Assembly (NCBI GenBank): GCA_012839925.1
Contig: DUMJ01000042.1
Span: forward strand, 31,441-95,440
Direction: 5' to 3'
Length of the DNA: 64,000 bases
From: a bacterium
GTDB lineage: Bacteria; DUMJ01
Part shown: positions 48,620 through 57,681 of the stretch, piece after piece
Layout: each line of letters begins with the position of its first letter
How positions within the stretch are numbered: the stretch's first letter is position 1
Position numbers and translations under genes: made by a program
The notes under the pieces: generated by a model
Seen by the model: only the letters and a program-made list of their open reading frames with translations
Told to the model about the DNA's origin: nothing
The model's database searches: none

Positions 48620-49411
48620 ATGAATATATATGTTCTGGTAAAACAGGTTCCTGCCACCGATAAGGTTAAAATAGATGAGACAACAGGTACTATGAAAAGG
48701 GAAGAAGTTGAAGCGGTTATCAATCCTCTGGATCTCTATGCTATTGAGGGGGCTTTGCGGATAAGAGAGATTTATAATGATAGCCATATAACTGCAGTAT
48801 CTATGGGTCCGTCCAAGGCAGAAGAGGTCTTAAAAGAGGCTATTTCTATGGGGTGTGACCATGGAATACTTCTCTCAGACAGGGCATTTGCAGGGGCAGA
48901 TACCTGGGCTACCTCGTATACTATAGCCAGTCTTATAAAAAAGATGGGAGATTTTTCTCTTATCATTACAGGGGAGAAAGCTACTGATGGAGAAACCGGG
49001 CAGGTTGGACCAAGTCTTGCCGGACAATTGAATCTTCCGATAGTGACCTATGTCGGCAGTATAGTAGAAGTAAGGGATGATTATATCGTGGTGGAAAGAG
49101 AGATTGAATATGGAACCGAGGTTGTTAGAGTAAAATTACCGGCGGTTATATCTGTGGTGAAAGCTATAGGTGAGCCAAGACTTCCAACCCTCAGAGGTAA
49201 GATACGGGCTAGAGAGACCAGGATAGATGTGTACAATCTTGAAAGTCTGGGACTTAATAGAGAAGAGGTAGGGCTGTCAGGTTCTCCTACAAGAGTGGTG
49301 AAAGTTTTTTATCCCAGGATATCAAGGGAGGGGAAGAAGGTTAAGACTTCAACTCCTGATGAAGCGGTAAATAGTATTATACAATTTCTGGAGATAAGGG
49401 GAATCCTATGA
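48620..49411 (+). CDS. etfB: Electron transfer flavoprotein beta subunit
   Basis: KQVP, INPLD..AIE, SMGP, SDRAFAGADT, DGETGQVG. Confidence 0.93.
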   Translation: MNIYVLVKQVPATDKVKIDETTGTMKREEVEAVINPLDLYAIEGALRIREIYNDSHITAVSMGPSKAEEVLKEAISMGCDHGILLSDRAFAGADTWATSYTIASLIKKMGDFSLIITGEKATDGETGQVGPSLAGQLNLPIVTYVGSIVEVRDDYIVVEREIEYGTEVVRVKLPAVISVVKAIGEPRLPTLRGKIRARETRIDVYNLESLGLNREEVGLSGSPTRVVKVFYPRISREGKKVKTSTPDEAVNSIIQFLEIRGIL

Positions 49412-50397
49412 GTAAAGATGTCATTATATTAGGAGAAACAAAGGGAGAAAAAATACATCCTGTAACATATGAGTTACTGGCATGGGGCAAAGGGCTTTCG
49501 GAAAAACTAAATTCTAATCTATCAGTTGTAATCCTCGGGAAAAATCTGGAAGGCGTTGAGGAGATTATATACTACGGAGCTGATAAAGTATACTATTTTG
49601 AACATTCAGCCCTGGATATATTTAATGTTGAGATATACTCTGAGGTATTGGTTCCATTTATAAAGAAGATGCAGCCGGAGATCGTCCTGGCAGGAGCCAC
49701 CACTACAGGAAGAACTATTATGCCCTATCTGGCAGGAAAACTCAAGACAGGATTAACAGCAGATTGTACCTCTCTGGATATAGAAGAAAAAACGGGGTTA
49801 TTATTGCAAACCAGACCAGCTATAGGTGGGAATGTACTGGCTACCATAAAAACACCACTTCACAAACCACAAATGGCGACGGTAAGACCCAAGGGGAAAA
49901 GACCACTGGAGAGAGATCCAAACCGAAAAGGTGATATAGAGATTATAAGACCAGAAATCAATATAAATTCGAGAATAGAAAGACTTGACTTTAAGACAAG
50001 AGAGGAAGAGGTCTCGCTGGTAGATGCAGAAATTGTAGTATCAGGAGGAAAGGGATTAAAAGACCCACAAAACTTCTCAATGTTATTTGAAATCTCTAGG
50101 ATACTTGGGGCTGCGGTGGGAGCTTCCAGATCGGTAGTGGATATGGGATGGGTAGAATATCCTCATCAGGTTGGTCTGAGCGGGAAGACGGTCAATCCCA
50201 GGGTATATATTGCTATTGGGATATCAGGAGCGGTACAACATCTGGCTGGAATGATGAACTCTGAAAGTATAATTGCGATAAATAAAGATCCGGAAGCACC
50301 AATATTTCAGGTGGCAGACCTGGGAATAGTAGGAGACGCATTGGAAATACTCCCTGTTCTGAAGAAGAGACTGGAGGAGAGAAAGAGAAATGTTTAA
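49408..50397 (+). CDS. etfA: Electron transfer flavoprotein alpha subunit
   Basis: GLTADC, RPAIGGN, PQMATVRP, SGGKG, QVGLSG, GISGAVQH. Confidence 0.93.
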   Translation: MSKDVIILGETKGEKIHPVTYELLAWGKGLSEKLNSNLSVVILGKNLEGVEEIIYYGADKVYYFEHSALDIFNVEIYSEVLVPFIKKMQPEIVLAGATTTGRTIMPYLAGKLKTGLTADCTSLDIEEKTGLLLQTRPAIGGNVLATIKTPLHKPQMATVRPKGKRPLERDPNRKGDIEIIRPEININSRIERLDFKTREEEVSLVDAEIVVSGGKGLKDPQNFSMLFEISRILGAAVGASRSVVDMGWVEYPHQVGLSGKTVNPRVYIAIGISGAVQHLAGMMNSESIIAINKDPEAPIFQVADLGIVGDALEILPVLKKRLEERKRNV

Positions 50398-51793
50398 TAA
50401 AGTCGATGAAAGAATTATAGATAACCTGATAGGGATCTGTGGGACGAATGATGTACTTATAGAAGAGGAAGAATTGGAAAGATATTCCCAGGATGAATCT
50501 GGTAGATTCTATGCCCATATGCCAGAAGTAGTAATCAGAGCCGAAAATACAGAAGAGATATCTAAGGTCCTGAAACTTGCCAATGAAAATCTCATACCGG
50601 TAACCCCGAGAGGTGCAGGAAGCGGGGTAGTAGGGGGAGCGGTCCCTGTATATGGTGGGATACTACTTTCTCTTGAGAAGATGAATCAGATCTTGGAGAT
50701 AGATAAGGTCAACCTGGTGGCTATAGCTGAACCGGGAGTGGTAACTAACGATCTCTGCAAAAAAGTGGCTGAAGAAGGTTTATTCTATCCAGGATATCCG
50801 ATGAGTGTGGAGACGAGTTTCCTGGGGGGAAATGTGGCAACAAATGCTGGTGGAAGCAAGGTAATAAAGTATGGAAATACTGGACACCATATCCTGGGGC
50901 TTGAAGTAGTTTTTCCCTCAGGAGAGGTCCTTCCCCTTGGTGGAAAGAGAAGAAAAGACTCAAGTGGATATAACCTTTTAAATCTTATGGTTGGCTCAGA
51001 AGGAACCCTTGGGGTATTCAGTAAGATCACTGTAAATCTTATACCTCTTCCACTCTATACCGTAGACCTCCTTGTTCCTTTTTCAACAGTAGAATCTGCT
51101 ATACAAACTGTCCCAGAGGTTATAAGAGAAAGTAAGGTTTTACCCTGCGCTGTTGAGTTTCTCGATAGACTATCAGTAGAGCTGGCGAGTATATATACAA
51201 AGTGCAGATGGGAGTATCAGGAACAGGCAGAGGCATATCTTCTCATTCAATTTGATGGGAACAGTAAAGTGCAGTTAGAAGAATCGTATATAAGAGCTGG
51301 AGAAGCCTGTTTAAAGTTTGGAGCATTAGAGGTCTTTGTGGCAGAAAATCCATTTGCATCTGAGAGATTATGGAGACTCAGGAGAAATTATCTGGAGGCT
51401 ATAAAAGCGGTGGATCCATATGTAGTTACTGGAGATGCAGTGGTCCCTACCTCTTTAATTCCCAGAATGTTAAAGAGAATAAAGGAGATAGGAGATGAAT
51501 ATGGAACAGATATACTATGTGCAGCACATGCAGGTGATGGAAATATACACTCTGCTCCCCTAAGACCTGAGAATATTCCTCCAGAAGAATGGCAATCAAT
51601 ACAGGAAGAGATTCTAGATAAGATAGCGGTAGAGGCTAGCTCACTTGGGGGAGCTCCAAGTGGAGAACATGGAATAGGGTATGTAAAAAAGAAGGCGTTG
51701 TATATATCAAAGAAGAGAGAGATTCCTGTGATGAGAGAGGTCAAAAAGGTCTTTGACCCTAACGGGATTATGAATCCAGGGAAGATCTTCTAG
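50390..51793 (+). CDS. FAD-linked oxidase of the GlcD/LctD (lactate/glycolate dehydrogenase) family
   Basis: PRGAGSG..GG, GGNVATNAGG, GSEGTLG, HAGDGNIH, SGEHGIG, DP.GIMNPGK. Confidence 0.88.
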   Translation: MFNKVDERIIDNLIGICGTNDVLIEEEELERYSQDESGRFYAHMPEVVIRAENTEEISKVLKLANENLIPVTPRGAGSGVVGGAVPVYGGILLSLEKMNQILEIDKVNLVAIAEPGVVTNDLCKKVAEEGLFYPGYPMSVETSFLGGNVATNAGGSKVIKYGNTGHHILGLEVVFPSGEVLPLGGKRRKDSSGYNLLNLMVGSEGTLGVFSKITVNLIPLPLYTVDLLVPFSTVESAIQTVPEVIRESKVLPCAVEFLDRLSVELASIYTKCRWEYQEQAEAYLLIQFDGNSKVQLEESYIRAGEACLKFGALEVFVAENPFASERLWRLRRNYLEAIKAVDPYVVTGDAVVPTSLIPRMLKRIKEIGDEYGTDILCAAHAGDGNIHSAPLRPENIPPEEWQSIQEEILDKIAVEASSLGGAPSGEHGIGYVKKKALYISKKREIPVMREVKKVFDPNGIMNPGKIF

Positions 51794-51897
51794 ATAATAT
51801 ATTCCATTTTTTCTTTTTAAGAAAATATAGGTACTGTCAATAGTCTGTAAAAATGTCAGGGGAAGGAAATAAAACATATGAGATTAATTTGTATCCC

Positions 51898-51925
51898 GTA
51901 GGGGCAATTCATGAATTGCCCCTAC
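51898..51925. repeat. GTAG-type REP palindrome
   Basis: GTAGGGGCAATTCATGAATTGCCCCTAC perfect palindrome. Confidence 0.7.
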
Positions 51926-51962
51926 AATTTCGTCTTTTATAATAAAAACCCCATGCCTTTAT

Positions 51963-52047
51963 CCTTCCTCCCCCACCTCGGGGGAGGATAGAGATGGGGG
52001 CACTATCTTACTTCTCACCCTCCCCTCTCCCGTCAAGGGAGAGGGGA
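51963..52047. repeat. REP-like palindrome cluster
   Basis: TCCTCCCCC-ACCTC-GGGGGAGGA and TCCCCTCTCCC-GTCAA-GGGAGAGGGGA. Confidence 0.6.
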
Positions 52048-52098
52048 ATAGGTCAGAACTATTTACCCATGACAATATCATAGAACGTTAACAGGCAC

Positions 52099-52127
52099 TT
52101 GACACTGGTAAAAAATCGATATATAAT
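52099..52127 (+). promoter_or_regulatory. Consensus sigma70 promoter of the ROK operon
   Basis: TTGACA-17 bp-TATAAT. Confidence 0.85.
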
Positions 52128-52150
52128 TTCTTTGTGAGGAAAAATTATAT

Positions 52151-53374
52151 ATGAGAGCAATAAATATTAAAAGTATGCATGAATCGAATATATCACTGAT
52201 CCTTAACATAATAAGGACTAGTGATGGTATCTCTCGCTATGAGATTTCGAAAATTACAAGATTAAGTCCTTCAGCAGTATCCAACGTTGTTGATCTTCTT
52301 ATTGAAGAAGGTTTTGTCTCAGAAACTCCCGGGGAGACGAAAAATGTAGGTAGAAGACCTATGAGACTATCTTTAAATAATGATGTACACTTCCCTGTGG
52401 GTATAGAGATAGAGAACGATAAGATAACAGGAGTAGTGATAAACTTAGCTGGAGAGATGGTAAAGCAGACTACAAAATATATTTCTACAGATATGGATCA
52501 TAATAAAATATTGGAAGAAGTAATTGATGTGTTTTATCTCCTATCACAAGATTTTTCTCCTGAGCAGATTATGGGTCTGGGGATTGCTATCCCAGGCATT
52601 GTGGACAGTAAAAATGGCATCTCTATACTTTCAGAAAATCTAGGTTGGCGGAATGTAGCTGTAAAGGAAATTCTTAAAACAAAGATAGATGTCCCCATGT
52701 TTATAGAACAAAATATAAGAGCGGTTACTCTTGGAGAATTATGGTATGGATCAGGCATAGGGAAGAATAATCTTATATGTGTTAGGGTTGGTAGTGGGGT
52801 AAGTGCAGGCTTTGTAATAAATGGAAGTATCTATAGAGGTTCAGCTGGGATAGTGGGTGAATTAGGTCATACGGTTGTAGAATCAGATGGAAATAGATGC
52901 AGATGTGGCAGTCAGGGATGTCTAGAAAGTTACGTCTCCACTCAGGTTCTTATCAGTAAGGTTCTGGAAGGATTAAATAACAGGATCTATTCTCAGGTTT
53001 CATTAGAAGGTAAAAATAGAGACGAGCAACTGGAAGAAATTTTTTCTGCGGGTAAAAAAGGAGACAGGTTTATCCTGAATATATTCGAAGAGATGGGTAA
53101 ATACCTGGGTATAGGTATCTCTAATCTTATAAATCTGTTTAACCCTGAGTTAGTTGTAATAGCAGGAGGTCTATCAAGAGCAGAGGAACTTTTACTTGAA
53201 CCAGTTATAAGAACAGTTAAACTCCATACATTTCCTCCTATTCCAGAATTCAGTATACCTGAGATTACCATATCTAAACTGGGAGCTTTTACCTGTGCCA
53301 CGGGTGTAGCTACTTTTGTCATAGAGGATGTATTTTTACATCCAGAGAAAAAACTGAGGAGGATTAAGGTATGA
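52151..53374 (+). CDS. ROK-family transcriptional regulator (NagC/XylR-like)
   Basis: N-terminal wHTH (ISRYEI...LS..AVS), GRRP, GELGH, CRCGSQGCLE. Confidence 0.92.
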   Translation: MRAINIKSMHESNISLILNIIRTSDGISRYEISKITRLSPSAVSNVVDLLIEEGFVSETPGETKNVGRRPMRLSLNNDVHFPVGIEIENDKITGVVINLAGEMVKQTTKYISTDMDHNKILEEVIDVFYLLSQDFSPEQIMGLGIAIPGIVDSKNGISILSENLGWRNVAVKEILKTKIDVPMFIEQNIRAVTLGELWYGSGIGKNNLICVRVGSGVSAGFVINGSIYRGSAGIVGELGHTVVESDGNRCRCGSQGCLESYVSTQVLISKVLEGLNNRIYSQVSLEGKNRDEQLEEIFSAGKKGDRFILNIFEEMGKYLGIGISNLINLFNPELVVIAGGLSRAEELLLEPVIRTVKLHTFPPIPEFSIPEITISKLGAFTCATGVATFVIEDVFLHPEKKLRRIKV

Positions 53375-54054
53375 TAGAAAACTGGCAAAGGATACTTGTA
53401 TTTAGTGCCCACCCTGATGATGAGATACTGGGGGTTGGAGGGACAATAGCTAAACTCTCTAAATCAGGCAAAGAGGTCTATGTGGTTACCTTCGCTATAG
53501 GAGAGACAAGTTATAGCTCTATTGAAATGAAAGAGAAGATGAGAGAGTTGAGATTAAAAGAAGCTGAAGAATGTAATAAGGTCCTGGGGATAAAGGAGAG
53601 GATAATACTATATAAACCAAATCAGGGGATTACAAATGATAGAGAAACGTATCAGGAATGTGTAAAGATAATAAGAAAATACAAGCCTGATGTAATCTTT
53701 ACACATTATAAAGAAGACAAACATAGAGACCATAGAGCGGTCTGGGAGATTACAGACGAGGCCAGATGGAAGGCAGCCGAAAATGTTCTTGCAGACTTTG
53801 GAACTCCCTGGTATACCCCAGAGCTCTACTACTATGAAGTAATAGAACTCTTTACATATCCATCACTTCTTATAGATATAACCGATACTTTGGATAGAAA
53901 GGTAGAAGCTATGAAGACACAGAGTAGTCAATTCCCTGTTCTTCCAGGGGTTATTGAGTATATAGAGGGTTTGGGAAAAGTACGAGGTTACCTGAGGGGG
54001 ACAAAATATGCAGAGGCGTTTCTGTCTTCAAACTTTATAGCAAGGCTGGAATAG
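53371..54054 (+). CDS. PIG-L/LmbE family de-N-acetylase
   Basis: AHPDDE and HRDH metal motifs. Confidence 0.9.
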   Translation: MIENWQRILVFSAHPDDEILGVGGTIAKLSKSGKEVYVVTFAIGETSYSSIEMKEKMRELRLKEAEECNKVLGIKERIILYKPNQGITNDRETYQECVKIIRKYKPDVIFTHYKEDKHRDHRAVWEITDEARWKAAENVLADFGTPWYTPELYYYEVIELFTYPSLLIDITDTLDRKVEAMKTQSSQFPVLPGVIEYIEGLGKVRGYLRGTKYAEAFLSSNFIARLE

Positions 54055-54244
54055 GGGGAGAGCTTGGAGATGGACTTATAGAGGTTACAGGGATAAATGC
54101 GTTGGAAGAGTTAAGTAGACGCGCCTTGAAAAGTTTAGTAAGAAAGGGAGGTGATGTTTAGAGAAAAAGATATAAGGGAATAAAAATCAAGAAGAGATTT
54201 TAGAGTTTTCGAGAGATTAAAATTATTTAGTAGGAGGGATAAAA

Positions 54245-56203
54245 ATGAGAAAGATTATATCTATACTAGCTTGTCTAGCGATATTGATAAATTTGGTATT
54301 AGATACAGGTATCTCTTTTGCTCAAGAGAAAGTGGCTCCTGGAGGATTATATAATCTCTCAGATTATCAGAAGCTCACAGGCAAAAAGATTACAAAGTTT
54401 AGTGAGGCTCCTCAGCTTGCAGAACTAGTGAAGCAGGGAAAACTTCCACCGGTAGAGAAAAGGCTACCAAAAGAGCCTGTTGTAGTCGAACCTTATGAAA
54501 AAATCGGTCGGTATGGTGGAACATGGGAAGAACCTATTGGCAAAGTAGGGCAAACTAATCATATGACTACCTATCCATATGATGGATTGGTAACCTGGGA
54601 CGCAGAGGGGAAAAGACTTATCCCGAATATTGCAAAAAGTTGGAGAGTATTAAATGGAGGTAAGGTATGGGAATTCAAGCTTAGAGAAGGTATGAAGTGG
54701 TCAGATGGAGCCCCGTTTACCGCAGATGATATAGTATTTTGGTACGAAGATATTGTTCTTAACAAGGACCTTACGCCAGTTTCCCCTATATACTTAACAA
54801 TTGAAAATCAGGTAGGTAGGGTGGAAAAGGTTGATGATTATACTGTAAGATTTATCTTCCCATTGCCAAAGGCTAATCTTTTGGAACAAATGTTAGACAT
54901 ACCAGCTTATTTAACTCCCAAGCATTATCTAAAACAGTTTCATCCTAAGTATGTTCCAATAGAGAAGTTAAATGAGATGGCTAAGAAAGAAGGATTAGAC
55001 CAATGGTACCAACTCTTTGGGAGAAAAAATGCTTTGTATGAGAATACTAATCCTGACCTTCCAACTTTAAAACCCTGGGTACCAAGGACTGAATCTCCAG
55101 CTACTCGATATATATATGAACGTAATCCATATTACTGGAAGATTGATCCCGCTGGTAACCAACTTCCATATATAGACCGAGTGGCACAAACTTTGGTGGA
55201 AGGTACAGAAATGGTTAATATGAAAGCAATGATGGGAGAAGCAACTCTCGTAGAATGGGGACTAACTCTCTCAAATTATACACTCTTTATGGAAAATAGA
55301 GAAAAGGGGAACTATCGAGTACTTTTATGGCCTAAGGATGAAATCTCTAATGTGACCTTATTTATAAACCAGAACTATAAAGATCCAGTATTGAAAAAAT
55401 TGTTTAGAGATCGAAGATTCCGTCAAGCACTTTCTCTAGCTATAAATCGAGAAGAGGTAAATAAGTTCTGCTATTTAGGGCTTGGAGTACCAAGGCAGGC
55501 TACTGTTCTTTCAACTTCACCTTACTTCAAGGAAGAATATGCCAAAGCTTATGCAGAATATAATCCCAATAAGGCAAATGAACTTTTAGACCAGCTGGGA
55601 CTTACTAGGCGTGATAAAGAAGGATCTCGTCTAAGATCTGATGGCAAACCTCTTGAGTTAATAATTGAGACACCAGGAGAAAATCCTACTGAAGTGGATG
55701 TCTTAGAGTTAGTATCTAAATATTGGAGGAATATAGGTATCAAAGTAGCAGTAAAACCATCCGAAAGAACTCTTTACCGTATGCGCATGCTGACTGGAGA
55801 AGCTCAAATAGGTACCTGGTTCCTAATGGGGGGACAGGAGCCAACTCTTGAACCTCATTGGTATATACCTACGACCACTCAGACTTACTGGGCTCCTATG
55901 TGGGGTCAATGGTATCAAGCTGGAGGTAAAGCAGGAGAAAATCCTCCGCAGGATATTAAAAAGCTCCAGCACACATGGGACCTTATTCAGAAAACTTTTG
56001 ATCCTGCCAGAAGAAGAATTCTTTGGCAGCAAATACTTGATGTACATGCTCAGGAAGTATATATGATAGGAATTGTAGGAGAGGTTCCTCAACCAATTAT
56101 AGTAAAAAATAGTATGCATAATGTCCCTCAAAAATGTTTACATTCATGGCCTGTAGGACATTATTTAGGTCTTGCGCGAGTAGTTCAATTTTATATTGAA
56201 TGA
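54245..56203 (+). CDS. ABC transporter family-5 solute-binding protein
   Basis: Signal peptide, FSEAPQLAELVKQGKLPP, LREGMKWSDG.PFTADD, RNPYYWKID.AGNQLPYID. Confidence 0.92.
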   Translation: MRKIISILACLAILINLVLDTGISFAQEKVAPGGLYNLSDYQKLTGKKITKFSEAPQLAELVKQGKLPPVEKRLPKEPVVVEPYEKIGRYGGTWEEPIGKVGQTNHMTTYPYDGLVTWDAEGKRLIPNIAKSWRVLNGGKVWEFKLREGMKWSDGAPFTADDIVFWYEDIVLNKDLTPVSPIYLTIENQVGRVEKVDDYTVRFIFPLPKANLLEQMLDIPAYLTPKHYLKQFHPKYVPIEKLNEMAKKEGLDQWYQLFGRKNALYENTNPDLPTLKPWVPRTESPATRYIYERNPYYWKIDPAGNQLPYIDRVAQTLVEGTEMVNMKAMMGEATLVEWGLTLSNYTLFMENREKGNYRVLLWPKDEISNVTLFINQNYKDPVLKKLFRDRRFRQALSLAINREEVNKFCYLGLGVPRQATVLSTSPYFKEEYAKAYAEYNPNKANELLDQLGLTRRDKEGSRLRSDGKPLELIIETPGENPTEVDVLELVSKYWRNIGIKVAVKPSERTLYRMRMLTGEAQIGTWFLMGGQEPTLEPHWYIPTTTQTYWAPMWGQWYQAGGKAGENPPQDIKKLQHTWDLIQKTFDPARRRILWQQILDVHAQEVYMIGIVGEVPQPIIVKNSMHNVPQKCLHSWPVGHYLGLARVVQFYIE

Positions 56204-56277
56204 AGGATTCTTATCCATTTCTCTTAAAGAGAAAAAAATATATTGAGAGTTTTTGAGATTTTTATCTTAAGTTAGAA

Positions 56278-56322
56278 AGCTCTTACTCTCCCTGTTTTAT
56301 TATTACGGGGAGAGTAAGAGCT
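56278..56322 (+). terminator. 15-bp stem-loop after the SBP gene, inside the locus
   Basis: AGCTCTTACTCTCCC...GGGAGAGTAAGAGCT. Confidence 0.65.
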
Positions 56323-56406
56323 ATAAAGAAAGAACGATAGAATTGAGAGTATATGAAACAGTTATGATTTTGAAGATGTCTTCTATTTTATAGAAAGGAG
56401 TAAAAA

Positions 56407-57618
56407 ATGGACCGATATGTGTTAATTGATCCTGAAGAACTTCGGAAATCCCTTCAGTTAGCCTGCAAATGGCTTGTTGAAATAGCTCAAGTTAAAACTG
56501 AAGGGCTTGCTATTGAGAAGAACTCAAAAAAACATCTCCATCAAACTTGGAAGGGATCTATACGAGGAGAGTATAGTGTAGCTAAGAATGAATGGGATTT
56601 CTTCTGCCCTGTTTGGCACACAGGACAAGCCATAAAAGCACTTGTTGCAGCTTATAAGGTTTTGGGAGAAAACAGACTCCTTCAAGCGGCAATGTTTTCA
56701 GCTGATTTCTTAGGTAGGGAACGTGTCTCAGAAAAAGGGAATGAGCATCACGGACTTATATTTGCATTTGAGGATAGGGGAGATATGGTTAATACATCGG
56801 CAATTTTAGAGTGTTTAGATGGACTGATAAGCCTAAGTGAGGTTTCTGGAGATATTTCCTACTGGGGATGGGTTGTTGATGCTCTTAAATGGGTTGCAAA
56901 GAGAGCTTATATTACGGATGAAGGTCTATTTAGAGATTGTTTTTCAATAAAGACCTGGCAATTCGAGCCTCCGCCCTGGAGAAATCCACAGGGGTGGCCT
57001 GGCAGACCACTTCTAGATGATGGAGTGTTTCTTAAAGCGTATCATTATACAGGTAACCCTGAGTTTCGCCGAATCTTCTATGAAACCGCTAATCGACTTC
57101 TTAAAGAAGAGGAACCGCCAGGCAATTGGATCCGATTTACCCCTTGTAATGTTGAGACTGGTAGTATACACCCTCGACATGCCTATTGGTGGGGAAGACC
57201 AATGCTTATGGCCTATAGGGATAGTGGTGAAGCAAAGTATCTTGAGTGTGCTATAAGGTCTGGGCAGTGGTATATAGATGCACAGAGAGTAGATGGCGGA
57301 CTTTTCCGCGGAACATATCGGAATTTTAAGACAGATTCTTTTGGACATGCTACAAGTGGGATTGCCTGCGCTTCAATTTTGTGGCATGAACTCTGGGAGA
57401 TAACTGGTGATGATCGTTGGCTTAAGTCGATAGAGAAGGCTATGGCATATTGTATGAAAATGCAGTTCCGTAACACTAAGGACTCCAACTTACAAGGAGC
57501 TATTCTGGAAAAGGTCCTCCCTCCTGATGGTACGGACAGTTCTCCTTACCATATAAGAGATCTCGGAACGATATTCTTTATTCAAGCAGCATCAAGGATT
57601 TTATATGATACGATTTAA
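56407..57618 (+). CDS. Uncharacterised protein, probable (alpha/alpha)6-barrel carbohydrate-active fold
   Basis: Repeated helix-hairpin patterns (AY..TG...F, AY..SGE.KYL..A...W...Q..DGG, LW..TGD.RWL); strong RBS. Confidence 0.5.
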   Translation: MDRYVLIDPEELRKSLQLACKWLVEIAQVKTEGLAIEKNSKKHLHQTWKGSIRGEYSVAKNEWDFFCPVWHTGQAIKALVAAYKVLGENRLLQAAMFSADFLGRERVSEKGNEHHGLIFAFEDRGDMVNTSAILECLDGLISLSEVSGDISYWGWVVDALKWVAKRAYITDEGLFRDCFSIKTWQFEPPPWRNPQGWPGRPLLDDGVFLKAYHYTGNPEFRRIFYETANRLLKEEEPPGNWIRFTPCNVETGSIHPRHAYWWGRPMLMAYRDSGEAKYLECAIRSGQWYIDAQRVDGGLFRGTYRNFKTDSFGHATSGIACASILWHELWEITGDDRWLKSIEKAMAYCMKMQFRNTKDSNLQGAILEKVLPPDGTDSSPYHIRDLGTIFFIQAASRILYDTI

Positions 57619-57681
57619 GAAGATTTAAAATGGGTAGATATTGCATGAAGATAGTTTTAGGACAAAAGGAGGAGATAAAAA

